From NCBI GenBank assembly GCA_963666565.1, contig OY762911.1, positions 2,144,001 through 2,208,000 on the forward strand: a stretch of 64,000 nt of DNA, read 5' to 3'. The position numbers were made by a program, and so were the translations under genes. Numbering within the stretch: position 1 is the stretch's first letter; the number at the start of each line of letters is the position of its first letter. This DNA comes from Thermoanaerobaculia bacterium (GTDB taxonomy: Bacteria > Acidobacteriota > Thermoanaerobaculia > Multivoradales > Multivoraceae). The notes beneath the pieces are model-generated. The model had not been told where the DNA came from and made no database searches. It saw only the letters and a list, made by a program, of their open reading frames with translations. This document shows positions 55,805 through 64,000 of this stretch, in pieces.

Positions 55805-58579
55805 ATGTCCGAACGGCAACCCTGGACCCGCTGCGTTCCGGTTCTTCTCGCGTCCGGCCTCGTGCTCGCGGCGTCGGCAGTCGCCCAGACCACGGGCGAC
55901 ATCCGCGGCCAGGTCCGCGACGCCAACGGCGACGGCCTGCCCGGCGTCACCGTGTCGGCCACGATCGAGGATCGCGGCGTGTCGCGGACCACGATCGCCG
56001 GCGTGGGCGGGAACTTCGTCATCTCGTCTCTTCAGGTGGACGACTACGTCGTGACCGCGTCGCTGGACGGCTTCCGGGACCACCGGGTCGAGGGCGTGCG
56101 GGTCGGCATCTCGACGACGGTCAACCTGGAGATCGTGCTGTCGCTGGAGGCCGTGGAGGAGGAGGTCACGGTGACCGCGTCGCCGATCCTCGACGTGACG
56201 AGTTCCAGCGTCGGCACCAGTTTCACGGCGGACTTCATCGACGATCTGCCGACCGACCGGAACTTCTGGGACCTGGTCGCGGTTTCGCCCGGGATCAGCC
56301 AGGCTTCGGAAGGCAGCACCTCGCTGAGCGCCTTCGGTTCGAGCGTGGCCTCGAACTCCTGGCGCATCGATGGCCTGGACACGACCTCCTCGGACACCGG
56401 CCGCGCCTTCTGGTGGACGAACCCGGCGATCATCGAGGAGGTGCAGGTGCTGGGGATCGGCGCTCCGGCGGAGTACGGCAGCATGTCGGGGGCCGCGATC
56501 AACATCGTGACGAAGTCCGGCACGAACGAGTTCGCCGGCACTCTCGACTGGTACCACATGAACGAGGGTCTGACGGAAGAGAACGCCGAGCTCGACGGCC
56601 TTCCGTTCCATCGCGAGGAGTTCGACGACCTCACGGGCACTCTCGGCGGTCCGCTGGCGCGCGACAGGGCCTGGTTCTTCGCTTCCATCCAGAACACCGA
56701 GGACGCGTACGCCGAGCCGGGAGTCGATCCGTCCTTCCCGACCGCCTATCCGACGGTGCGTTCCGACATCAAGTTCAACGCGGCGTTCAACGACAGCAAC
56801 CTGATGGAGGCGAAGTACCACTACGAGGACTACGACTTCATCTTCGCGGCGCCCAACACGACGCCGGACGCCATCGCGACGGAGTTCGGCAACAACCCGG
56901 CTTGGGGCCTCCAGTTCCAGTCGGTCCTGACCCCGGACGACTACCTGGAGGTCATGTACACCGGCTACAGCAGCGACGACAACCTGCTCTCGGCCACGGG
57001 CAGCACCGCCGCGCCCTACACGGACTACTCGCCGGCCGGCGGCGGTCCCCCTCAGTCCAGCGGCAGCCCCGGCTACACCTACATCTGGCTGCTCGGCCGC
57101 GACCAGTTGGACGTCAAGCTCTCGCACCACGCCGACGATCTCCTGGGCGGCGACCACGACTTCAAGTTCGGCATCTCCTACGGCACGGGACACGGCGATA
57201 CCCGGACCGGCGGCGGCCCGAACGGCGTCTACTTCTACCGCTACGAGTACTACCCGGGCTATCCCTACTACTACCGGGTCACGGCGCGGCCGTTCTACTA
57301 CGGCGCCGAGACGGCGGCGGTCTCGGCCTTCGTCGACGATTCCTGGCAGGTGAACTCGAACCTGACGCTCAACGTCGGCGTGCGGTACGACAAGCACAAC
57401 GGCGACATTCCGGACTATGCGTCGCTGAACCAGGACTGGAGCCCCACCTCCGAGATCATCCCCGGAGTCCAGGACGTCGTCGATTGGTCGCACGTGTCGC
57501 CGCGGATCGGTATGGCCTGGCAGCTCGGCGACAGCCAGGTGCTGCGCGCCTTCTACGGCAAGTTCTACGACGCGGACGTAACCGGCCACTGGTACGCGCC
57601 GCCGCCGAACCCGCCCGAGTACATCTACGAGTACGGGCCCTCGCTGGACGGCCCCTGGACGTACTCGTCCAGCTTCGAGTACCACGGCAACCTCTTCCAC
57701 CCCGACCTGAAGGCGCCCGAAACCGACCAGTTCACCCTGGGCTGGGAGCGTCGCCTGGGGGACAACTTCACCCTCGGCGTCCAGGGCGTCTACAAGGAGG
57801 CGAAGAACCTGATCGGCTGGGAGATCCTGAACGACGGCGTCTACGAGGAGGTGCCGTGGACGAATCCGTTCACTGGCGAGACGGAGCAGTTGTACAGCAT
57901 TCTGGAGCAGCCGACGACGCGCAAGGGCAACCGGCCGGGCGACGGCTCGAAGGCGCCGCCGGGCATCAGTTACCACCAGGAGTACGAGGGAGTCGTGCTC
58001 ACCTTCAACAGGCGCTACAGCGACGGCTGGAGCATGCAGTCGTCCTATACCTGGTCCAACTCCACCGGCTTCATTCCGCGGCCGCTGCTGCAGTCCCAGG
58101 GCAATCCGTTCTACGCCTCGACCGACGGCCGCGATCCGAACAACTGGATCAACGCCGACCAGGCGCTGCAGAACGACCGCGAGCACGTCCTCCAGTTCCA
58201 GGGCAGTTTCGAGCTGCCGTGGAAGCTGATCGGCACGGCGACCTACAGCTACATGACGGGCAAGCCCTACAGCCGTCAATTGGTGATCGGCGGCCGGAGT
58301 TCGGCCGCGCCGCTCGCTCAGGGCGGCCAGCGGGTGATCGCCGTTCCGGCCAGCGACGACAACCGGCTGCCGGACCAGAACAACTTCGATCTGTCCGTCG
58401 GCCGGCGCTTCGATGTTGGCGGGGTTCAGCTCAAGCTCGACGTCCAGCTTCTCAACGTGTTCAACGAGGACACATGGGACTGGTGGGACACCCTGCAGGT
58501 ACCGCCGGACGAAGAGTACGTGCCGGACGGCTACCTCTTCCCGCGTCGCGTCATGATCCGCTTCGGGCTTCAGTTCTAA
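55805..58579 (+). CDS. TonB-dependent receptor with N-terminal carboxypeptidase-regulatory-like domain
   Basis: AAGGAGG RBS, signal peptide, GQVRD..G.GLPGVTV, AEYG..SGAAINIVTKSG, LNVGVRYD and a terminal Phe. Confidence 0.9.
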   Translation: MSERQPWTRCVPVLLASGLVLAASAVAQTTGDIRGQVRDANGDGLPGVTVSATIEDRGVSRTTIAGVGGNFVISSLQVDDYVVTASLDGFRDHRVEGVRVGISTTVNLEIVLSLEAVEEEVTVTASPILDVTSSSVGTSFTADFIDDLPTDRNFWDLVAVSPGISQASEGSTSLSAFGSSVASNSWRIDGLDTTSSDTGRAFWWTNPAIIEEVQVLGIGAPAEYGSMSGAAINIVTKSGTNEFAGTLDWYHMNEGLTEENAELDGLPFHREEFDDLTGTLGGPLARDRAWFFASIQNTEDAYAEPGVDPSFPTAYPTVRSDIKFNAAFNDSNLMEAKYHYEDYDFIFAAPNTTPDAIATEFGNNPAWGLQFQSVLTPDDYLEVMYTGYSSDDNLLSATGSTAAPYTDYSPAGGGPPQSSGSPGYTYIWLLGRDQLDVKLSHHADDLLGGDHDFKFGISYGTGHGDTRTGGGPNGVYFYRYEYYPGYPYYYRVTARPFYYGAETAAVSAFVDDSWQVNSNLTLNVGVRYDKHNGDIPDYASLNQDWSPTSEIIPGVQDVVDWSHVSPRIGMAWQLGDSQVLRAFYGKFYDADVTGHWYAPPPNPPEYIYEYGPSLDGPWTYSSSFEYHGNLFHPDLKAPETDQFTLGWERRLGDNFTLGVQGVYKEAKNLIGWEILNDGVYEEVPWTNPFTGETEQLYSILEQPTTRKGNRPGDGSKAPPGISYHQEYEGVVLTFNRRYSDGWSMQSSYTWSNSTGFIPRPLLQSQGNPFYASTDGRDPNNWINADQALQNDREHVLQFQGSFELPWKLIGTATYSYMTGKPYSRQLVIGGRSSAAPLAQGGQRVIAVPASDDNRLPDQNNFDLSVGRRFDVGGVQLKLDVQLLNVFNEDTWDWWDTLQVPPDEEYVPDGYLFPRRVMIRFGLQF

Positions 58580-58628
58580 GGACTGGCGCGCGGTGCCGGC
58601 GGCGCCGCACCCGGCAGACGTCTTTCGG

Positions 58629-58668
58629 CCGCCTTCGGCGGCAGCGGGTCAGAAGACCCGCGCACCCG
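58629..58668. repeat. Single REP-like copy between convergent genes
   Basis: CCGCCTTCGGCGGCAGCGGGTCAGAAGACCCGCGCACCC, the same as the 13935 unit. Confidence 0.85.
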
Positions 58669-58689
58669 GCGGACGGGTTCTGCCGGTCG

Positions 58690-59184
58690 CTACCGTCCGT
58701 GGTAGAGCGTCGCGTCCTCGGTGTGCAGGCCACGGGGATCGTCGCGGTTCGACTCGTACAGCCGGCCCTCGGCATCCACCAGGTCGTCCCGGAAGATCGC
58801 TTCGTCGACGGCGACGTCGCCGGGGCACGAGATCTCGATCAGGTTGCCGGCCGGGTCGCGAATGAACATCTGCATCGCGCCGTCGGGCAGCCGTCGCACC
58901 TTGCCCCAGGGCGAGGTGTCGATGGCGCCGAGTTCGCGCATCCGGAAGAAGATCGAGTCGAAGTCGTCCACCTGCAGGCAGAGGTGGCCGCGGAACGACG
59001 CCTGGTCCTCCCACTCGGTGACGTGAAGCTGCTGCTCCTCGTTGATCTTGAAGAACTGGGCCGGGAAATCGAGGTTGAACGTCGGCAGCGGTTCGAGCCC
59101 GAGCTCGCGCTCGTAGAAGGCGCAGGCCTTCTCCAGGTCGTCGACGACGACCGTCGCGTGTTGGATCTGCAGCACGTTCGCCAT
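58690..59184 (-). CDS. VOC/glyoxalase family protein
   Basis: QHATVVVDDLEKA.AFY, GHLCLQV and FIRDPAGNLIE. Confidence 0.88.
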   Translation of the reverse strand: MANVLQIQHATVVVDDLEKACAFYERELGLEPLPTFNLDFPAQFFKINEEQQLHVTEWEDQASFRGHLCLQVDDFDSIFFRMRELGAIDTSPWGKVRRLPDGAMQMFIRDPAGNLIEISCPGDVAVDEAIFRDDLVDAEGRLYESNRDDPRGLHTEDATLYHGR

Positions 59185-59207
59185 GTCGTTCTCCCTCGAT
59201 GCCGGGG

Positions 59208-60095
59208 TCAGCGGATGAGCGGCAGCAACTTCTCCGCCGATCGGCGCGTGAGCATCGTGTAGAACTCGTCGCTCAGCAGGTTGCTGCCGTGGTCCTCGAT
59301 GAACTTCTTCTGTTCCGGTGTGATGTCGGTCGGTTCCGTCTCGACCGCGCTCGGGTGCCGGTTGGCCGGCGTGCGGTCGATCGAGGCCACGAACTCGACG
59401 GTCAGGGCTCCGTCGTAGCCGACGTCGCCTAGCGTCTGGACGATCGCCGTCCAGTCGAGCGCGCCCATGCCGGCGGCCATCCGGTTGCTGTCGGCGACGT
59501 GGAAGTCGACGAGTCGGCTGCCGGCCTGGCGGATCGAGCCGAGCAGGTCACGGTCCTCCATGTTCATGTGGAAGGCGTCGAGGCAGACGCCGCAGTCGGG
59601 ACCCGTCGCCTCGGCCAGCGCCAGCGCCTGGGCGCCGCGGTTGATGAAGTAGGTCTCGAAACGGTTGATCGGCTCGATGGCGAGCAGCACGCCCGCGGCC
59701 TGGCCGTGCTCGTAGATCTCCCGCATGCTCTCGACCGCCCAGCGCCACTCGTTCCCGGGCGTCGAATCGGGATCGACCTTGCCGACGGTGCCCGGCACGA
59801 TCGAGATCTCGTGGCCGTCGAGCTCCTCGACCATCGTGATGCAGTCCTTGACGTACTGGACGGAACTCGCGCGCTCGGCCTCGTCCCTGGCGATCAGGCT
59901 GCGGCCTTCCATCATCAGGGTGACGGAGCCCCAGCAGCGAATGCCGTACCGCCGGAGCAGTTCGCGCACCTCCGCCGTGTCGTAGAGCTCCGGCTCGCCG
60001 CTGATCTCAAGCGACTCGTAGCCGAACTTCCTGAGCCGCGCGAGCGTCTTCTCCAGCGGCTCGGCGCGCATCCAGTTGTGCATCGACAGGTGCAT
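59208..60095 (-). CDS. Sugar phosphate isomerase/epimerase (ketose 3-epimerase-like TIM barrel)
   Basis: IEPINRFE, LDAFHMNME, FHVADSNR and TVEF. Confidence 0.88.
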   Translation of the reverse strand: MHLSMHNWMRAEPLEKTLARLRKFGYESLEISGEPELYDTAEVRELLRRYGIRCWGSVTLMMEGRSLIARDEAERASSVQYVKDCITMVEELDGHEISIVPGTVGKVDPDSTPGNEWRWAVESMREIYEHGQAAGVLLAIEPINRFETYFINRGAQALALAEATGPDCGVCLDAFHMNMEDRDLLGSIRQAGSRLVDFHVADSNRMAAGMGALDWTAIVQTLGDVGYDGALTVEFVASIDRTPANRHPSAVETEPTDITPEQKKFIEDHGSNLLSDEFYTMLTRRSAEKLLPLIR

Positions 60096-60184
60096 GGGCT
60101 TGGACCTCCAGGTTGCCGCGGGAAGATAGCAGGGTCGCGGCGCCAAGGATTCGGCGTTCTCATGCGTCATACCGATGAGTTGGG

Positions 60185-60796
60185 ATGGCAGAAGCGGTTC
60201 AGCACGTCGTCGCGGCCAGGTGGGCATCCGCCGGGCGGTGCTCTAGTGTGACGGGCGTGCCGGCGAGAGACGAGGAGTTGGTTCGGGCTGCCGCCGGGGG
60301 CGACCGGGAGGCATTCGCGGAGCTCCTCGACCTTCACTACGACCGGATTTTCCGGTTCTGCTTCCGGCTGACCGGCCGGCGGGAGGAGGCGGAGGACCTG
60401 ACGCAGGACATCTGTCTCGCCTTGCCGGGAAAGCTGAGCGGCTTCCGGGGCCAAGCTCGCGTGACGACCTGGCTGTACCGGATCGCGGTGAACGCGGTGC
60501 ATGACCGGCGGCGGCGGGACTCCAGCCGGGCGAAGGCGGCGGAGGGATGGGGAGACTGGGAAACGAATCGCCGGGCGACGGCGAGTGAGACGGCCGCCGA
60601 CCTCGATTGGCTGCGACGGGCCATGGGCGCCTTGCCGAGCGACCTGCGCGACACGGTCGCGCTCACGGTCGATGGCGAGATGACCCACCGTGACGCTGCG
60701 GAAGTGCTTGGGGTCTCCGAGGGCACCGTGAGTTGGCGGCTGTCGGAGGTACGCAAACGGCTGCGGGCCATGTGGCAGGAGGAAACAGGACGATGA
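60185..60796 (+). CDS. ECF sigma factor
   Basis: GDREAF..L, AEDLTQD, TWLYRIAVN and AEVLGVSEGTVSWRL. The start may be the GTG at 60248. Confidence 0.9.
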   Translation: MAEAVQHVVAARWASAGRCSSVTGVPARDEELVRAAAGGDREAFAELLDLHYDRIFRFCFRLTGRREEAEDLTQDICLALPGKLSGFRGQARVTTWLYRIAVNAVHDRRRRDSSRAKAAEGWGDWETNRRATASETAADLDWLRRAMGALPSDLRDTVALTVDGEMTHRDAAEVLGVSEGTVSWRLSEVRKRLRAMWQEETGR

Positions 60797-63042
60797 CCGA
60801 TCCACTCGACGATCTGAAACGCGCATTCGAGGACGCGACGCCTGAGCCGGATGCCGAGAGGCGGAAGGCGACGCTGGCCCGCGCGATGGAGTCGTTCGAC
60901 CGTGCCGAGAACTCGACGGCGGAGTCGCCTCGCACGGATAACCGCCTCGGTGCCTGGGGCGCTTTCGGACGCGAAGCGCGACATCTGCTTGCCGCCCTGA
61001 CCTCCCGGCCCGCGGTGGCCGTGGCCGCCGGCCTGGCCGCGGTCGGGCTGGCCGTTCTCTTCGTGTTCCTGGGCCGCGACGCGACGTCCCAGCCTGGAGT
61101 GGTCGTCGCTGACGCTGGCGGTGGCGAGAACGAGCGGGAGTGGGCGTCGCCGGATCCCTTGACCGGAGAACCTCGGGTGCGCGAGTTGGAGCGGTCGACG
61201 GACGCGCCTCCCTCGTCTCCGGACAAAGCGGCTGTTGCGGAACCCCTTGCGCAGAGGTTGGAACCGGCGGTCGCACGGCCTGGGTCCGAAGCTCCGCTGG
61301 CCGACTCTGGCGAGTCCGAGTCGGCGACGGTGCGCGAGGAAGCGAGCCTCGCTGAAGCGGAACCCGGGCCGGTGCCGGAACCGGCTACCGGCCGGGCTTC
61401 CGAGACCTACTGGCGCGAAAGAACCGAGGAACTCGGGCGGGAGATGGAGCGGACAATGGTCGCGATCGAGCGCGCGAGGGAACGGCAAGCCGGCGCGGTC
61501 GAGAGTGCCCGCCTGCAAGGGGCCGTCACGGTGGCTTCGGAGCCGCCTCTCGTTGCCAGCTTCGCGGCTTCGAGCCGCTCCCTGCCCGACGTCGTGGTCC
61601 AGCGGCCGCCGAACACGGAGGCCTTCGCCAACGAAGACGCCAGTCCGGTCAAGCTCGCGAGCGAGGAACCCGTCTCGACCTTCTCGATCGACGTCGACAC
61701 CGCGAGTTACTCCGTCGTCCGCTCTTCCCTGACGAACGGCCGTCTGCCCGCGCCGGAGTCGGTGCGGATCGAGGAACTCGTCAACTACTTCCCGTACGCC
61801 TATCCGCCGCCCGGCGAGGGCGGAGCGCCGTTCCGGCCGACGGTCACCGTCTCGGAGACGCCGTGGAACCCGGACACGCTGCTCATGCACCTCGGCATCC
61901 AGGGACGGCTGCCGGCGACCGACGACCGCCCGCCGCTCAACCTCGTCTTCCTGATCGACACGTCGGGTTCGATGGGCTGGCCGAACAAGCTGCCTCTGCT
62001 CGTGCAGTCGTTCCGGCTGATGATCGGCCAGCTCGATCCTGCCGACGAAGTCGCGATGGTCGCCTACGCCGGCAGCGCGGGCCGCGTGCTGGATCCGACC
62101 CCCGCCGCCGATCGCGGCGCGATTCTGGAAGCTCTCGACCGACTGAGCGCTGGCGGCTCGACCGCCGGAGCGGCGGGCATCCGGTTGGCCTACCGGGTCG
62201 CCGGGGACATGGCGGCCGACGGCGAGGGCGAGGTCACGCGGGTCATTCTGGCCACGGACGGCGACTTCAACGTCGGTATCTCGGAACCCGGTCAGCTCGA
62301 GAGCTTCATCGCGCGCCAGCGGGAGAGCGGCGTCTACCTGTCCGTGCTCGGCTTCGGGCGCGGCAACCTGGACGACGCGACGATGCAGGCGCTCGCCCAG
62401 CACGGCAACGGTCAGGCGGCCTACATCGACACGCTCGCGGAGGCGCGGAAGGTGCTCGTCGATCAACTCGTCGGCACGCTGTTCCCGATCGCGAACGACG
62501 TGAAGATCCAGGTCGAGTTCAACCCGGCCGAGGTCGCCGAGTACCGGCTGATCGGCTACGAGACGCGGGCGCTGCGGCGCGAGGACTTCAACAACGACCG
62601 GGTCGACGCCGGCGAGATCGGCGCCGGGCACGCGGTGACCGCCATCTACGAGGTGACGCCGGTGGGGTCGCCTGCCGTCCTGCACGACGCTCTGCGCTAT
62701 GCCGCCCGCGCGGCGGAACCGCCGGCGGCCGCGGAGGACCGTGCCGGGTCCCGGGAGCTCGCGTTCCTGCGGCTGCGCTACAAGGCGCCGGGCGAGGACA
62801 CGAGCGAACTCGTCGAACTGCCGATCGCCCGCGACGCGGGCGAGGCCGGCGCCGATCAGCGCTTCGCCGCGGCCGTTGCCGGGTTCGGGCAACTCCTGCG
62901 GGACGGCGCCTACACCGGCGGCTGGACCTGGGCCGACGCGATCGCGCTGGCCGAGGCGAACGCCGGCGACGACCGGTTCGGCTACCGCCGCGAGGCCGTG
63001 ACCCTGATGCGCCTCGCGGAGAGCCTGGCCGTGGCCCGGTAG
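60793..63042 (+). CDS. Membrane-anchored YfbK-like VWA protein (vWF_A + DUF3520)
   Basis: ATGA overlap with the sigma gene; one TM helix; PVSTFSIDVDTASY, LIDTSGSM MIDAS, ATDGDFNVG, EYRLIGYE and DAGEIGAGH. Confidence 0.88.
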   Translation: MTDPLDDLKRAFEDATPEPDAERRKATLARAMESFDRAENSTAESPRTDNRLGAWGAFGREARHLLAALTSRPAVAVAAGLAAVGLAVLFVFLGRDATSQPGVVVADAGGGENEREWASPDPLTGEPRVRELERSTDAPPSSPDKAAVAEPLAQRLEPAVARPGSEAPLADSGESESATVREEASLAEAEPGPVPEPATGRASETYWRERTEELGREMERTMVAIERARERQAGAVESARLQGAVTVASEPPLVASFAASSRSLPDVVVQRPPNTEAFANEDASPVKLASEEPVSTFSIDVDTASYSVVRSSLTNGRLPAPESVRIEELVNYFPYAYPPPGEGGAPFRPTVTVSETPWNPDTLLMHLGIQGRLPATDDRPPLNLVFLIDTSGSMGWPNKLPLLVQSFRLMIGQLDPADEVAMVAYAGSAGRVLDPTPAADRGAILEALDRLSAGGSTAGAAGIRLAYRVAGDMAADGEGEVTRVILATDGDFNVGISEPGQLESFIARQRESGVYLSVLGFGRGNLDDATMQALAQHGNGQAAYIDTLAEARKVLVDQLVGTLFPIANDVKIQVEFNPAEVAEYRLIGYETRALRREDFNNDRVDAGEIGAGHAVTAIYEVTPVGSPAVLHDALRYAARAAEPPAAAEDRAGSRELAFLRLRYKAPGEDTSELVELPIARDAGEAGADQRFAAAVAGFGQLLRDGAYTGGWTWADAIALAEANAGDDRFGYRREAVTLMRLAESLAVAR

Positions 63043-63129
63043 GTCGCTGGCCGGCCGGCGACCGACGGACCGTCTGCGGGCGGTCCTTGGTGGCCGGACG
63101 GCGACTGACGTGCCTCCTGTGGCCGGTCC

Positions 63130-63954
63130 TCAGTTGGCGCCCAGGAAGCCCCGCAGGCAGCGGGTGACGGCGCCTGGCGCCTCGGCCATCAGCATGTGGC
63201 CGGCGTCCGCGACCGTCACGAAGCCGGCGCCGCCGTCGGTGGAGCGGATGCGGTCGGCGAGCGCGCGGCCGGCCCTCGGCGGCGTCATCCGGTCCTTCGC
63301 GCCGGCCACGACGAGCGTGGGGCACGCGACGCCCGGCGCGCTCTCGCTGCCCTCCCACTCGTTGCAGGCGGCGAAGTCGCGGTGGAGCACCTCCGGCTCG
63401 CAGCGGTCGAGCAGCGCCATCGTCGATCCGAGCATCCAGAGTCCCGGGGACTCGGCGCCGCCGAAGTGGGCGCCGGAGCCGTGCCCGAAGGCGGCGATGA
63501 ACCGGTGGGCATCGAGCGGCCGCTTCAGGGTGTCCGCCAGCAGGCCGGGGTTGACCCGGAGCGTCTCGCCGGCGCCGAGCAGGGCCAGCCGGTTCACGCG
63601 GCCGTTCAGCCGGGACGCCGCGTCGACCGCGATGCAGGCGCCCATCGAGTGGCCGACGAGCGCGATGTCCTGGCTGCCCGCTCGTTCCGCCGCCGCTTCC
63701 GCGAAGTCGACGGTCCAGGCGGCGTAGTCGGCGATCGTTGCGATGCCGTCCAGATCCTCGGACGCTCCGTGACCCGGCAGGTCGGACGCGGCGACGTTCC
63801 AGCCGTGCTGGGCCAGCGACCGGGCCTGCAGCGCCCACACCGTGTGGTCGCTGCCGGCGCCGTGGAGAAGCAGGGCCAGCGGTTGCCCCTCCCGCCAGGC
63901 GGCGCCGCCCGTGCCGCAGTACGCCTCGCGGCCCTGGATCTCCAGTTCGGTCAT
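63130..63954 (-). CDS. Alpha/beta hydrolase
   Basis: HGAG, DLPGHG, GHSMG, D.MTP and AGH. Confidence 0.9.
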   Translation of the reverse strand: MTELEIQGREAYCGTGGAAWREGQPLALLLHGAGSDHTVWALQARSLAQHGWNVAASDLPGHGASEDLDGIATIADYAAWTVDFAEAAAERAGSQDIALVGHSMGACIAVDAASRLNGRVNRLALLGAGETLRVNPGLLADTLKRPLDAHRFIAAFGHGSGAHFGGAESPGLWMLGSTMALLDRCEPEVLHRDFAACNEWEGSESAPGVACPTLVVAGAKDRMTPPRAGRALADRIRSTDGGAGFVTVADAGHMLMAEAPGAVTRCLRGFLGAN

Positions 63955-63964
63955 CGGTGTGGGC

Positions 63965-64000
63965 TCAGTCGTCGGGACGGGTCAGGAGATCGTCGGCGTG
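63965..64000 (-). CDS. Probable 3' end of a gene entering from the right edge
   Basis: Reads HADDLLTRPDD* and stops 10 nt before the hydrolase start; too short to identify. Confidence 0.35.
   Translation of the reverse strand, partial: HADDLLTRPDD

Noticed and set aside
53255-58279. 1674-aa minus-strand ORF
   Set aside because: Antisense shadow of the permease and TonB receptor genes. The same applies to most Arg/Pro/Ala-rich ORFs in the track.

Overview
GC-rich bacterial DNA (roughly 70% by eye). The gene content (CarboxypepD_reg/TonB receptor, PQQ-like beta-propeller, tricorn protease, form II cox cluster, Sel1 protein) suggests an Acidobacteriota, possibly sponge-associated, genome; this is inference only. 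Housekeeping blocks (aceB, glcF, gap, pyk, acyl-CoA dehydrogenase, coxG-S-L-M, thiolase pair, aminotransferase, peptidases, SDRs, SLC13 permease, ECF sigma/VWA) are interrupted by accessory DNA. (1) The edge of a class I DISARM-like locus. (2) An MqsRA-like toxin-antitoxin module bracketed by inverted ~180-bp MITE-like elements. (3) An ~8.1-kb integrase-free defence island inserted in the 3' end of an aminotransferase gene (25-bp direct repeat). It carries a TIR / small membrane protein / TIR operon (best candidate for an undescribed anti-phage system), a HEPN protein and a type III R-M system, plus relic copies of neighbouring gene ends. (4) A second accessory patch with an HTH/degenerate-HAD fusion, a Sel1 protein and a putative rolling-circle-type mobile element whose ends share a CAAG-N2/3-TCTA motif. 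Also found: a UGSC selenoprotein split by an in-frame UGA with a SECIS-like hairpin, a GAPDH paralog lacking the catalytic Cys, and a dispersed REP-like repeat family. No rRNA, tRNA or CRISPR array was recognised. All family assignments come from motif recognition, not database searches.
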